Below the pieces are notes generated by a model. It saw nothing but the letters and a program-made list of their open reading frames with translations. It searched no databases and was not told the DNA's origin. From an uncultured delta proteobacterium (GTDB taxonomy: Bacteria > Desulfobacterota > Desulfarculia > JACQYL01 > CAWGVV01), in assembly GCA_963821845.1 (NCBI GenBank), contig CAWGFI010000006.1:65478-129477 (forward strand): DNA of 64,000 nucleotides, written 5' to 3'. Below, in pieces: positions 40,782 through 50,408 of the stretch (position 1 is the stretch's first letter; each line of letters starts with the position of its first letter). The position numbers and the translations under genes were made by a program.

Positions 40782-41677
40782 ATGGACATGAATACGGAAT
40801 CAGTCCCCATCCCAGCCATGGGAACGAACGCGAGCCCCGCCATCACACAGCCTAAGCTCCCGCCCTACAAGCTGGCCAGCAGGGAAACCCGCTTCGCTCC
40901 CACCATCGTTCGAGGTCGGTTCGGTTCAAATTGGAGGCCCGTCCTTTTCGGTCATCGCCGGTCCCTGTTCCGTTGAAAGCGAAGAACAGCTTTTGACGAC
41001 CGCGCAATGCGTGAAAGAGGCGGGCGCTTGCATTCTGCGCGGCGGGGCGTTCAAACCCAGAAGCAGCCCGTACAGCTTCCAGGGGCTGGAGGAAGAAGGG
41101 TTGAAACTCCTGCAAAAGGCGCGGGAACTTACCGATTTGCCCATCGTAACCGAAGTCATGGACTCCGATGACATCGCGCTGGTGGAGTCATACGCCGACA
41201 TCTTGCAGGTGGGTTCGCGCAACAGCCAGAATTTTTCGCTCCTGAAGAAACTGGGCAAGGTCAAGAAACCGGTCCTGCTCAAACGCGGCTTGATGACCAC
41301 CATCAAGGAATTCCTCATGTCCGCCGAATACATCCTCGCTTCCGGCAACGATCAGGTGATCATGTGCGAACGCGGCATCAGAACCTTTGAGACCGCGACC
41401 CGCAACACGCTGGACCTCAGCGCCATCCCCGTTCTCAAGGAACGGACCCACTTGCCGGTTATCGTCGATCCCAGCCACGCCGTAGGCGATTACCGGTATG
41501 TCGGCGCCCCTGGCCAAGGCCGCTCTGGCGGTCGGCGCGGACGGGTTGATGATCGAAGTGCATCATTGCCCGGAAAACGCGCTCTGCGATGGCGATCAGT
41601 CGCTAACGCCCGCGATGTTCCAGACCATGATGGATGAACTGCGCGCCATGGCCACATTTATCGGACGGCCCATGTAG
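40782..41677 (+). pseudogene. aroF: DAHP synthase (type I-beta, second paralog), 2 frame shifts as assembled
   Basis: GGAGG RBS at 40768. Segments [14 protein letters not shown]...RFAPTIV | [28 protein letters not shown].. then ORF 40993 ([18 protein letters not shown]...[25 protein letters not shown]...[14 protein letters not shown]) | [34 protein letters not shown]...FIGRPM*. Shifts (+1 each) are near 40910 and 41500. Confidence 0.8.
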
Positions 41678-41742
41678 ATCGAAACCATTGCTGACGTTTT
41701 TCTTCTTTGGACAGTCATACACAGATTTTGAATGAGACGGTT

Positions 41743-42930
41743 ATGGAACAGCAGGCCATTGAATCATTGCGAAACATGATCAATTCCGTGGACGAGGAAA
41801 TCATTCGGCTACTCGGAAAACGATCCGCGTACGCCACTGAAATCGGTCGACAAAAACAAAAATCCGGATTGCCCGTTTTTGACGGGGGGCGTGAACGAAG
41901 TTTGCTGGAACGGGTCAGGAACCTGGACGCCGGGTGTCTCCAGCCTTCGGCGGTGGAAACCATTTTCACCGAAATCATATCCGCTTGCCGGGCGGTTCAG
42001 CAAAACCTGAAAATTTCCTATCTGGGGCCGGAAGCCACCTTTACCCATCTGGCCGCGCAGCGGTATTTCGGACGGTCCACGGATTACAAGCCGTGCGGGG
42101 CCATAGCGGACGTGTTTAAGGATGTGGAGAGCGGGCAGTGCGATTTCGGCGTCGCGCCGGTGGAAAATTCCAACGAAGGCGCCGTGACAGCCACTTTGGA
42201 CCGCCTCGCCCTGAGCGACGCGCGAATCACCGGAGAAATATTCTGTCCCATTTCTCACGCGCTGATGTCCAAGGAAGCATCTTTGGACCGAATCGAACGT
42301 ATCTATTCACACCCCCAGGCGTTGAGCCAGTGTCTGAACTGGCTGGCTGACAGACTGCCCGGACGCGCTCTGCTGCAAGCGGACAGCACGGCGGCGGCGG
42401 CGAAGATCGCCGGCGGAGAAGCCGGGGCGGCGGCCGTGGGAAGCGCCATGCTGGCCGAACGGTACGGACTTAATACCCTGGAACAGGACATTCAGGACCG
42501 GCGGCCCAACATCACCCGTTTTTTCATCCTCGGACGAGGAGAAGTCCAAAGAACCGGCAATGATAAAACGTCCATCGTGTTCGGGGCGGCTCATGAGCCC
42601 GGCTCGCTATTCAAGGCGCTCGCGCCGTTCGCCCGCAATGGGATCAACCTGACCAGAATCGAATCCCGGCCGTCCAAATCCGCTCCCTGGGAATATCTGT
42701 TCTTTCTGGATCTCGAAGGTCATGAAAGCGACGACCATCTGCGGGAAGCGCTTGACGAGGCGGGGCGCGAAACCATGCATCTGAAGCTGTTGGGTTCCTA
42801 CCCCAAGGGCGACCTTGGGAAACAGGATACGCACGAAGCCCGCCAATCGCTGGAACTTTGGAACGCATTGGGACAAATCAACCCTGGGATTCAAGCGGTC
42901 GTCAACTCCGGCCCAGGCGTCCGCTCATAA
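41743..42930 (+). CDS. pheA: bifunctional chorismate mutase / prephenate dehydratase (P-protein) with ACT domain
   Basis: ORF track 41707..42930. ATG at 41743. CM region LRNMINSVDEEIIRLLGKRS. PDT region ISYLGPEATFTHLAA...APVENSNEGAV. ACT region TSIVF...PGSLFKAL..F...GINLTRIESRP. Intact; the C-terminal tail is longer than I expect. Confidence 0.85.
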   Translation: MEQQAIESLRNMINSVDEEIIRLLGKRSAYATEIGRQKQKSGLPVFDGGRERSLLERVRNLDAGCLQPSAVETIFTEIISACRAVQQNLKISYLGPEATFTHLAAQRYFGRSTDYKPCGAIADVFKDVESGQCDFGVAPVENSNEGAVTATLDRLALSDARITGEIFCPISHALMSKEASLDRIERIYSHPQALSQCLNWLADRLPGRALLQADSTAAAAKIAGGEAGAAAVGSAMLAERYGLNTLEQDIQDRRPNITRFFILGRGEVQRTGNDKTSIVFGAAHEPGSLFKALAPFARNGINLTRIESRPSKSAPWEYLFFLDLEGHESDDHLREALDEAGRETMHLKLLGSYPKGDLGKQDTHEARQSLELWNALGQINPGIQAVVNSGPGVRS

Positions 42931-42941
42931 GTGATCGAACC

Positions 42942-43787
42942 ATGAGGATTACCACCATGCTGAAACCGAGGAGTATCGCCGTCGTAGGAGGCCATGGCAA
43001 AATGGGCTCCCTGATGGCACGAATATTTAGCGGCGCCGGGTTTCCGGTGGAAACTCTGGACAAGAAAACGGGGAACGTGGATTGGAGCGCTATCGCCCGC
43101 CACGACGTTACCATCATCGCGGCCCCGATCCCGGCCATGGATGACGTGATCAAGGAAATCGGCCCGTTCACGCCCGAAGACGGCGTGGTTATCGACATCG
43201 GGTCGCTGAAACAATCGCCGGTTAGCCACATGCTGGCTCATTGCCGAGGCGAAGTGATCGGCAGCCATCCACTGTTCGGCCCCGCCGTCGAGGGCCTCAA
43301 CGATCAGGTCGTGTTCGCCTGCCCCGCCCGCTCCATCAGATGGATGAGCTGGTTTCGTTCATTCTGGGAAGAACAGGGCGCGCGGGTGGTGGACATCGAT
43401 CCCGAGCGCCACGACAAACTCATGGCCACCGTGCAGGCGCTCCGCCATTTTTATCTTTTCAGTTTCGGCCACAGCCTAGTTCGGCTGGGATTCGATCTCT
43501 CGACCGACCTGCCGCTCGCGGGACCCTGGTTCGGTGATCTGGTTTCCATGCTGCGCCACCATTTGCGCCAAGGCCCCGCCATCTATAACGATCTCGCCAA
43601 GGCCAACCCCCACACCGAAGGCATGCTCCGCCAGGTCATGGAGTCGGTCAACGTCATGCGCGACGCGTATCAGTCGGACGACCCCGCTCTTTTTAGCAAC
43701 GCCATGGAAGAAATCACCCGATATTTCGAACCAACGCCACCGATTGATTTCGCGTCCCCGGAAGAAGGCGCCGTTCTCGGCTTATAA
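42942..43787 (+). CDS. tyrA: prephenate dehydrogenase
   Basis: ORF track 42858..43787. ATG at 42942. Rossmann IAVVGGHGKMGSLMA. GSHPLFGP and DKLMATVQALRHF motifs. Intact. Confidence 0.8.
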   Translation: MRITTMLKPRSIAVVGGHGKMGSLMARIFSGAGFPVETLDKKTGNVDWSAIARHDVTIIAAPIPAMDDVIKEIGPFTPEDGVVIDIGSLKQSPVSHMLAHCRGEVIGSHPLFGPAVEGLNDQVVFACPARSIRWMSWFRSFWEEQGARVVDIDPERHDKLMATVQALRHFYLFSFGHSLVRLGFDLSTDLPLAGPWFGDLVSMLRHHLRQGPAIYNDLAKANPHTEGMLRQVMESVNVMRDAYQSDDPALFSNAMEEITRYFEPTPPIDFASPEEGAVLGL

Positions 43788-43799
43788 AAACGGGAATTG

Positions 43800-44165
43800 T
43801 TTCTTCGGTCGGAATGACAAGGATGGGGTATTCGTACGTCTAAGTCATCCGTCTACTCGTCCGCTCCTCCGGTTGAGCATTCGAATAACACGACGTTTAG
43901 TGGTTCGTCGCCCCGCGACTTGATCGCGGGGTCCAGAAGTTATTAATACTTTGAAGAACTGGATTCCGCGGTCAAGCCGCGGAATGACGAGAACGAGAAG
44001 GTCGGCGGTGTGTGAAGTCTTTATTGGACAATAAAGACGAGTCTGTCATCTCGAGCGCGGTAGGGGCGAAAAATCTTTCGCCCCCAATTTTCAGGGAGCG
44101 CGCTCCGATTACATCGGGATCTTCAAGGCGCAGGGATACCCCCGCGATGCTTTTTCTTTTTATGC
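43800..44165 (-). repeat. composite hairpin-repeat block, copy B (inverted relative to copy A)
   Basis: The reverse complement aligns module by module with 40005-40345. It carries an extra ~45-nt insert (rc of about 43865-43910). Confidence 0.8.
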
Positions 44166-44168
44166 GAT

Positions 44169-46613
44169 TTAGGCCGCTTTCATGCCGTCCATTTCCGAGT
44201 CGTACATTTTCCACTGTTCCAGGTAGGCGGCTTCAAAGGTGCGCTTTTCCACGTATTTACGGGCGGCGGCCTTCATGTCGTTCAGCAGATCCGGGTTGTC
44301 GGCGAGTCTCAGCACCGCGTTCACGAACCCGTCGATGTCTTCGGCCGGCAGAATGTGGCCGGTTTCACCGTCAATGAGGTTTTCCATGGGGCCGCCCTGG
44401 TCGGTGACGATCACCGGAAGACCCGACGCCTGAGCTTCCAGCACCACGTTGCCGAAGGTGTCCGTGGTGGAGTGGAAGATGAACACGTCACTCGACGCGT
44501 AGGCTTCGGCGAGATCGTCTCCGGCGAGATACCCGGTGAAGGTGGCGGAGGTTCCGCGCAGGGCGGCTTTCATTTCGTCCAGGTAGGGGCCGTCGCCCAC
44601 CACCACCAAATGGACACTCTTGCGGACCTGGGATATGTTTTTGAACACCTCCACCAGCCGGGGCAGGTTTTTCTCTTTGGACACCCGGCCCACGTAGAGG
44701 AGTTTCAGATCGTTGTTCTGCACCTTGTAGTTGGTCTTGAAGAATCCGCTGCGTTTGTCCGGATGGAAACGTTCCGTATCGATCCCGCGAGGATAGAAGC
44801 GGATCTTGTCCTCATGGATTCCCTTGGCTATCAGTTCGGCGCCGGTGGCCCGGGAGGGGACGAACACGGTGTCCATTTGATTGTAAAACCAGATCATATA
44901 GTTCCACGCCGCTTCTTCCAGGGCCACATCGCTGGTAAGCTCGCTGACGTACTGGGGAAGCGCGGTGTGGTAGGTACCATGGAGGGGCAATTTCAGGATT
45001 CGGGCGATAATGAGGGCCGCTAAACCGATGGGGCCGGGAGTGGCGGCGTGGATCAGATTGATTTCCTGTTCGTAGCAATAATCGAGCATTTCCAGCAGCG
45101 GGGGATAGAAAAGCTTCATTTCGGGATATTCGGGCAGGTCGACCGTCCCGATGGGTTTGAAATTGACCACGCCGGGCGCGTCCGGTTCGGGGCCGCAGGT
45201 GATCATGGTCAGCTTCTGCTGATTCTTCTGCGCGAATTTTACCTGCATTCTCAAGGTCTTGGCGACCCCGTTCACTTCGTAGAAGGTATCCGTGAAGTGG
45301 GCCACGTTCAGACTGTCGATCGGATCTTTTTCGGGATTCAGGTTGAAATGTTCCCGCAACTTATCCGTGGTCAACCGGCCCTTGGAAAACAGGGTGTAGG
45401 ATACGAAAAACGGGGCCAGCATGGTGTACAGCGCTCCGGCGGATCCGATTTTCTGAAAGATATCGAAGAGGTTGGCGCCGGAGATGCTTTCCAGTGTCGA
45501 GTCCGCGAACTGCCGCAGGATCTTTTCCGACACCTGGTTCACAAAGCGGTACCAGACGTTTACCATGTCCTCGGGGTCGCGGCTGGTAGCGTTCATCATG
45601 TCCTTGATGACCGGGTCGCCGAAGATGATGTTGCGGGCTTCATTCTGGGCCAGGCCGTTTATGGACAGCGGATTGGGCTTGGAAAAGGATTTGCGCATCC
45701 GGTAGGTCACCATGCAGCGGATGCGGTCCAGAAAGTGCTCCTCTCCGGTGGCGTTGGAAGTAAGCACGCGGCTGGCGAATTTCAGCAGGAGGTCGCGGCC
45801 CGCGAACCGGCTGAGCCCGAATTTGGTTCCGTAGAACTGGTAGGCGATGCTGTACAAAGTGTGGGCCAGCTTTTTGGGAGTAGACGCTTTTCCCTGGACC
45901 AGCGCTTTTCCCTGTACCATGCCGGCCAGAAATTCGGAAACGTTTTTGACGTCCTTGATTTCCGTATATTTGCTGGCGAGGTGCAGTGAAGAGTGATCGT
46001 CCGATCCTCCGATCATGGTTTTTTGCCAGGGTGTTTCGCCGTACGGTTCGATTCCGTGCTTGTTGGCCAGCAGGTCCAGATCTTCTTTACGGAGCCCCTT
46101 GATGAGCCGGGCCAGCATGTTATTTTGGACATCGTCCCGCGCGCCGTTTTGTTCGAATATGTTGAACAGCAGCAGCATCTGTTCGACGTGTTCCATGGTG
46201 AGCCGTTCATTGGGCGAATAGAGGGGGTGCGCGACGGCGTGGGCGATGTTCTGGCTTCGCAGGTACGGCGCCAGTTCGAACACGTTCTCGCGCAGGCGGG
46301 TGATGTCTTCATGGTGTTTTTCGGTTATATCGTACGCCAGCACATGCAGTTTGCATTTATCTTCCGGAAAATAAGAGGTAATTTCCTCGCTCACGAAGGC
46401 GTTTTCGAGATGGGCTATTTCCAGGCTGCCGCTGATCGAGTTATGATCCGTGATGGTCACCAGATCCATGCCGCGATCGCGCGCGATTTTATAAAGGGAC
46501 AAAGGTTCGGTATAACTTTCAGAACAACCGATCTTCTGCAGTACCCACTGGGACGGTCTGGTGGAATACTTGGAATGCGCATGAAGATCGGCCTTCAGGC
46601 TTTTAGCGCTCAT
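44169..46613 (-). CDS. PHP-domain phosphoesterase fused to a GT4-family (GT-B) glycosyltransferase
   Basis: 814-aa intact ORF. N-terminal DLHAHSKYSTRPS...DLVTITDHNSISG (PHP metal-binding motifs). C-terminal GRVSKEKN...STTDTFGNVVLEAQASGLPVIVTDQGG (GT4 E-x7-E region). Confidence 0.8.
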   Translation of the reverse strand: MSAKSLKADLHAHSKYSTRPSQWVLQKIGCSESYTEPLSLYKIARDRGMDLVTITDHNSISGSLEIAHLENAFVSEEITSYFPEDKCKLHVLAYDITEKHHEDITRLRENVFELAPYLRSQNIAHAVAHPLYSPNERLTMEHVEQMLLLFNIFEQNGARDDVQNNMLARLIKGLRKEDLDLLANKHGIEPYGETPWQKTMIGGSDDHSSLHLASKYTEIKDVKNVSEFLAGMVQGKALVQGKASTPKKLAHTLYSIAYQFYGTKFGLSRFAGRDLLLKFASRVLTSNATGEEHFLDRIRCMVTYRMRKSFSKPNPLSINGLAQNEARNIIFGDPVIKDMMNATSRDPEDMVNVWYRFVNQVSEKILRQFADSTLESISGANLFDIFQKIGSAGALYTMLAPFFVSYTLFSKGRLTTDKLREHFNLNPEKDPIDSLNVAHFTDTFYEVNGVAKTLRMQVKFAQKNQQKLTMITCGPEPDAPGVVNFKPIGTVDLPEYPEMKLFYPPLLEMLDYCYEQEINLIHAATPGPIGLAALIIARILKLPLHGTYHTALPQYVSELTSDVALEEAAWNYMIWFYNQMDTVFVPSRATGAELIAKGIHEDKIRFYPRGIDTERFHPDKRSGFFKTNYKVQNNDLKLLYVGRVSKEKNLPRLVEVFKNISQVRKSVHLVVVGDGPYLDEMKAALRGTSATFTGYLAGDDLAEAYASSDVFIFHSTTDTFGNVVLEAQASGLPVIVTDQGGPMENLIDGETGHILPAEDIDGFVNAVLRLADNPDLLNDMKAAARKYVEKRTFEAAYLEQWKMYDSEMDGMKAA

Positions 46614-46892
46614 GGCGGCGGCCTCCGTATTTAGGGTCGAATGAGGAGCATTGGATTATAGGCATGAATAGATCTTTTTCCCGATCTATGGTATGAAACC
46701 CGACGCGATGACGGCGAGGTTTCTTTATCTGCCGCCTTTTTAACCGTTCTTTGTTCAGCTTTAGTTTGTTTTTAAGCTGTTTTCCTTTTGTACTTATTAA
46801 GCGTTCAATTAGTATGATATGTACATTATGTTTGTATACCGCATCGGCGCTCCGGTCCTCGCTGGACAGCCGACGCTCCCCGGAAATCCCCT

Positions 46893-47564
46893 ATGTCCAA
46901 ACTTGATGAAACGATGACCCTGGAAGAACTGGCCGATATCGAAGCGCGGCTGGATCATGGAGAGACGCGAGCGGAAGACGCCCGGCGTCTCGTGCAAACC
47001 GTCCGAAAGCTGCTGGGCGAGAAAAAAGCCGCGCCCGCGGAGAAAAAGCCGCGCGTCGCGGCCGGGAAAGCTATCGAGGGCGCCGTGTCGGGCGATCCCG
47101 ACGTTCCGCTCCCCTCTTGGGACCAGAGCGGGCAGGTGGAAATCTTCACCGACGGCGCCTGCCAGGGGAATCCCGGACCCGGCGGCTGGGGCGCGCTCCT
47201 TCGTTCCGGCGGCGGCGCCAAGGAGCTTTCCGGGTACGAGCGCCAGACCACCAACAACCGGATGGAGCTGACCGCCGTTATCAGGGCGCTGGAGGAACTT
47301 CGCGGACGGCGCGAGGTAACGGTGTGCACCGATTCCCAGTACGTGAAAAAGGGGATCACGGAGTGGATCAAGGGCTGGAAGGCTAACGGGTGGCGAACGG
47401 CGGCCCGCACGCCGGTCAAGAACGCCGAGTTATGGCGCGAGCTGGACGAGTTGAACCGGAGCCATAACGTGACCTGGCAGTGGACTCGCGGCCACAGCGG
47501 CCATCCGGAAAACGAACGGTGCGACGAGTTGGCTCGCATGGCCATCGCCACGAGGGGACGGTAA
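46893..47564 (+). CDS. rnhA: ribonuclease HI with ~75-aa N-terminal extension
   Basis: 223 aa. The RNase H core starts at [22 protein letters not shown]...[15 protein letters not shown]...TDSQYV...[17 protein letters not shown]. There is no Met near the core start. Confidence 0.85.
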   Translation: MSKLDETMTLEELADIEARLDHGETRAEDARRLVQTVRKLLGEKKAAPAEKKPRVAAGKAIEGAVSGDPDVPLPSWDQSGQVEIFTDGACQGNPGPGGWGALLRSGGGAKELSGYERQTTNNRMELTAVIRALEELRGRREVTVCTDSQYVKKGITEWIKGWKANGWRTAARTPVKNAELWRELDELNRSHNVTWQWTRGHSGHPENERCDELARMAIATRGR

Positions 47565-47597
47565 CCGGTCGTCGGCTTCCGCGCCCTCGCGGGCGCT

Positions 47598-49256
47598 TCA
47601 GTGACTTTTTGTTTTATCCTGTATGATCTTCACGGCCTGAAGCGGCAGGTAGGCCTTTCCGGTCTTTGGCGCGTAGACCACCACCCCGTCCAGATCGATG
47701 GTCGAATCCGGCGCGATCAGGATGTTCTTGTTGACCGGAAGCTCAAAAGCGGCTTCCCCGGATTTGATTTTGACCACCGGATTTTCCTTGTCCGATCGAT
47801 CGATGACGACCTCGGCCTGGGGAAAGGCGGTCGAAGCGTCCACGAACAGGGTCCGGTTCAGATCGTCGAGATCGATCCCCAGCGCGCGGGCGGTAATCCT
47901 GCCGATATCCGGGCCGTCCACCACGCCCATGGGCCGTCCGGGGCCGTAGGCGTGGAGCGGCACGTCGCCTCCGGTATGGCCGTGCGTGGTCCAGCCGATC
48001 ACCGTATGCCGCGCGGACAATATTTCTCCCAGGGCGTCATGGCCGACCGTTTTCTTGCCCCGTTTGCTCTGCGATAAACTCAGAATTTCTTTCGCTTCCG
48101 CGTCGCTAATATCGATCCCCCATCCCTTGGCCACCATCGCCCTGATGCCTTCCACCGTGTCGTGGTCGCCGTCCTTCCACATGCGGTAGGTGGACATGGT
48201 TATCTTTTTCAGGGGATCGAGCAGCGTTTCCACCTTTGTTTGCGAATAGCCGGTGTCAGTGGAACCGTTGCCGATGGACATGCCGCCGGTGTTATGGTCG
48301 GAAAGCGCCAGGATCAGGGTGTGGCCGTCCTTTTGGGCAAAGTCGAACGCCACCTGGACCGCCTGGTCGTACATCAAAAGATCGCTCAGAAGCTGGCCCG
48401 GATCGTTGGCGTGGTCCGCCCAATCGACTTCGCTGCCTTCCACCATCAGGAAAAAGCCGTCCGGGTCTTGGGAGAGCAGCTCGATGGCCTTTTGGGTCAT
48501 TTCGGCCAGCGTGGGCTGTAGGGGCGCCACCCGTTCGCGGTCGATCTCCGCCTCCATGTGGTCCTTGGCGAACAACCCGAAGACCTTGCCCGACGTCAGC
48601 TTCATCAGGCCATCCCGGTTTTCGACCACTTCATAACCGCGTTTTGCCAGGACATCCCGCAGGTTTTCGCCGTCGTCGCGGACGCCGCCCAGGTTTTTGG
48701 GCAGCAGATAATCCATGCCGCCGCCCAGGACCACGTCGACGTTCTGATAAACGGCCTGTTCCATGATGTCGTTTTCCATGGAACGCGAGGGCGCGTGCGC
48801 CATATACGCGGCGGGCGTGGCGTGAGTGACGCGCGAAGTGGCGACGATCCCGACGGCCTTGCCCTCGAGCCTGGCGCCTTCCAGAACCGTGGCCAGGGGA
48901 CGGTATTCGAGTTCATTGGGCGGTTGGGCTTCGGTGGTCAGCGCGTCGCCCTTGGGTCCCACGCTGATGAACTTGTCCGAAGTGCGGTACCCGGTGGCGT
49001 ACGCGGACGCCGTGGGAGCGGAGTCGGCGATGACCGAATCCTCTATGTAGGTTTTGACAGCTCCCACGCGGATCGGGTCCAGGCTGAGCGGCGCACCCTT
49101 GAACCACCGGGCCAAGGTATATTGTTCGGCGGAACAGCCGTCGGCGATAAGCACGATAACGTTTTTGGCCTCCTGGCCGAAAACTGCCGGGGAAAACGCA
49201 GTCAGCGCCACGATCAGCAGCAGCGCGGTGAGTGTCGTCCTCTTATAAAACCGCAT
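47598..49256 (-). CDS. alkaline phosphatase family protein with C-terminal extra domain
   Basis: 552 aa with a signal peptide. IADGCSAEQ (nucleophile region DG.S), VTHATPAA, DWADHAND, GHTGGDVP. Confidence 0.8.
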   Translation of the reverse strand: MRFYKRTTLTALLLIVALTAFSPAVFGQEAKNVIVLIADGCSAEQYTLARWFKGAPLSLDPIRVGAVKTYIEDSVIADSAPTASAYATGYRTSDKFISVGPKGDALTTEAQPPNELEYRPLATVLEGARLEGKAVGIVATSRVTHATPAAYMAHAPSRSMENDIMEQAVYQNVDVVLGGGMDYLLPKNLGGVRDDGENLRDVLAKRGYEVVENRDGLMKLTSGKVFGLFAKDHMEAEIDRERVAPLQPTLAEMTQKAIELLSQDPDGFFLMVEGSEVDWADHANDPGQLLSDLLMYDQAVQVAFDFAQKDGHTLILALSDHNTGGMSIGNGSTDTGYSQTKVETLLDPLKKITMSTYRMWKDGDHDTVEGIRAMVAKGWGIDISDAEAKEILSLSQSKRGKKTVGHDALGEILSARHTVIGWTTHGHTGGDVPLHAYGPGRPMGVVDGPDIGRITARALGIDLDDLNRTLFVDASTAFPQAEVVIDRSDKENPVVKIKSGEAAFELPVNKNILIAPDSTIDLDGVVVYAPKTGKAYLPLQAVKIIQDKTKSH

Positions 49257-49503
49257 GGGGAAATCCTCCGCTCAGAGGTTGTGTTCGCACTGAAATGCTT
49301 TTCAACTATCCGCCGGAATCGGTGAGCCTTTTGTTTTGCGCCGGTTAAATATTGATGAAGCGCGGCGCCGCCGGAAGGCGTTCCTTCTAGGCGCCGTTCG
49401 AATCCGCGGGAAACGAGGCCGGCGCGCATGACATTGGCCGGCGCCCATGCTATAAATATAAAGGTTTTTATTCTAATACAACCTTTTGGGAAAAGAGAAC
49501 AGC

Positions 49504-50118
49504 ATGAGCGATCCTTCCGTGGAAGAGAAAGTCCGTAAAGAACAGGAATCCGTGGTGAAGACGGAACGCGCCATCATAACGACGCTAAAACAGGTGCGCG
49601 CGCGTATCATCATGGGCCTGTTTTTATTGACGCTCTCGATAATAGGCGTAGGAGTTACCAATTACGATCGCGCGGGAGCCTTTACCTACTGGCTTTTCAT
49701 GGTTCCGATCTTCGCCATCGTCTGCATCGTTTACGCGTGGCGCGCCACCAAGAAGGACGAAGGCAAAATAACCGTGGGGCTCATACGACGGCTGCTGTTG
49801 CATTGGGTGGGGCTGCTGTTTTTTGTTTATATCATATGGCGACAGGTGGCGAATGTGGGCCTTGTGGGAGCGGACGAGGCGGGATTGTTCACCCTGATGC
49901 TTCTGGCGCTGACCACCTATCTGGCCGGAGTTCATTTTGACTGGATGTTCATGCTGATCGGCGCGGTGCTTGGTGTTTTTGCGGCGTCCGCCGCCCTCCT
50001 CACACAATACCTGCTCATCATGATGATCCCCATCGCCATCATCGCGGCGCTGATCATCTTCTTCAAATTCCACAGACATGAAAAAAAGAAAGAGCCGCAG
50101 AGCGCCGACGCAGTATAA
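49504..50118 (+). CDS. membrane protein of unknown function
   Basis: ORF track 49486..50118. ATG at 49504. Charged N-terminus followed by about five hydrophobic helices. Confidence 0.6.
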   Translation: MSDPSVEEKVRKEQESVVKTERAIITTLKQVRARIIMGLFLLTLSIIGVGVTNYDRAGAFTYWLFMVPIFAIVCIVYAWRATKKDEGKITVGLIRRLLLHWVGLLFFVYIIWRQVANVGLVGADEAGLFTLMLLALTTYLAGVHFDWMFMLIGAVLGVFAASAALLTQYLLIMMIPIAIIAALIIFFKFHRHEKKKEPQSADAV

Positions 50119-50176
50119 GCTAAAGAAAGAGAAAAGCATTGTGGGGGAATCTCTTCCCCCACACCCCCTGAAAATT

Positions 50177-50205
50177 GTAGGGGCGGGTTTTAAACCCGCC
50201 CCTAC
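50177..50205. repeat. GTAGGGGC...GCCCCTAC palindromic REP-like module
   Basis: GTAGGGGCGGGTTTTAAACCCGCCCCTAC. Siblings lie at 21756-21783, 63715-63736 and 63798-63824, with degenerate ones in copies A and B. The adjacent hairpin CTGGATTCCGCTTAACCGCGGAATCCAGG sits near 50235-50262. Confidence 0.75.
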
Positions 50206-50408
50206 GAATAAATGAAATAACCGCCAATTCCCCGACCCTGGATTCCGCTTAACCGCGGAATCCAGGATTTTTCGCCCCAACATGTTCAGTGTGGACTACG
50301 GAACAATAGGATGGGGAGCTGAGCTCCCCGCCGATCTGTCATTTCGAGCGGAGCGAGAAATAACTCGGGGGCGCGGGGGTGTGAACCCCCGCAAAGCTCC
50401 TTGATTCA

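Noticed and set aside
49396-49405. GTTCGAATCC string resembling a tRNA T-loop
   Set aside because: The flanking bases do not form a T-stem (CGCCG versus CCGCG). No acceptor or anticodon arms can be drawn around it.
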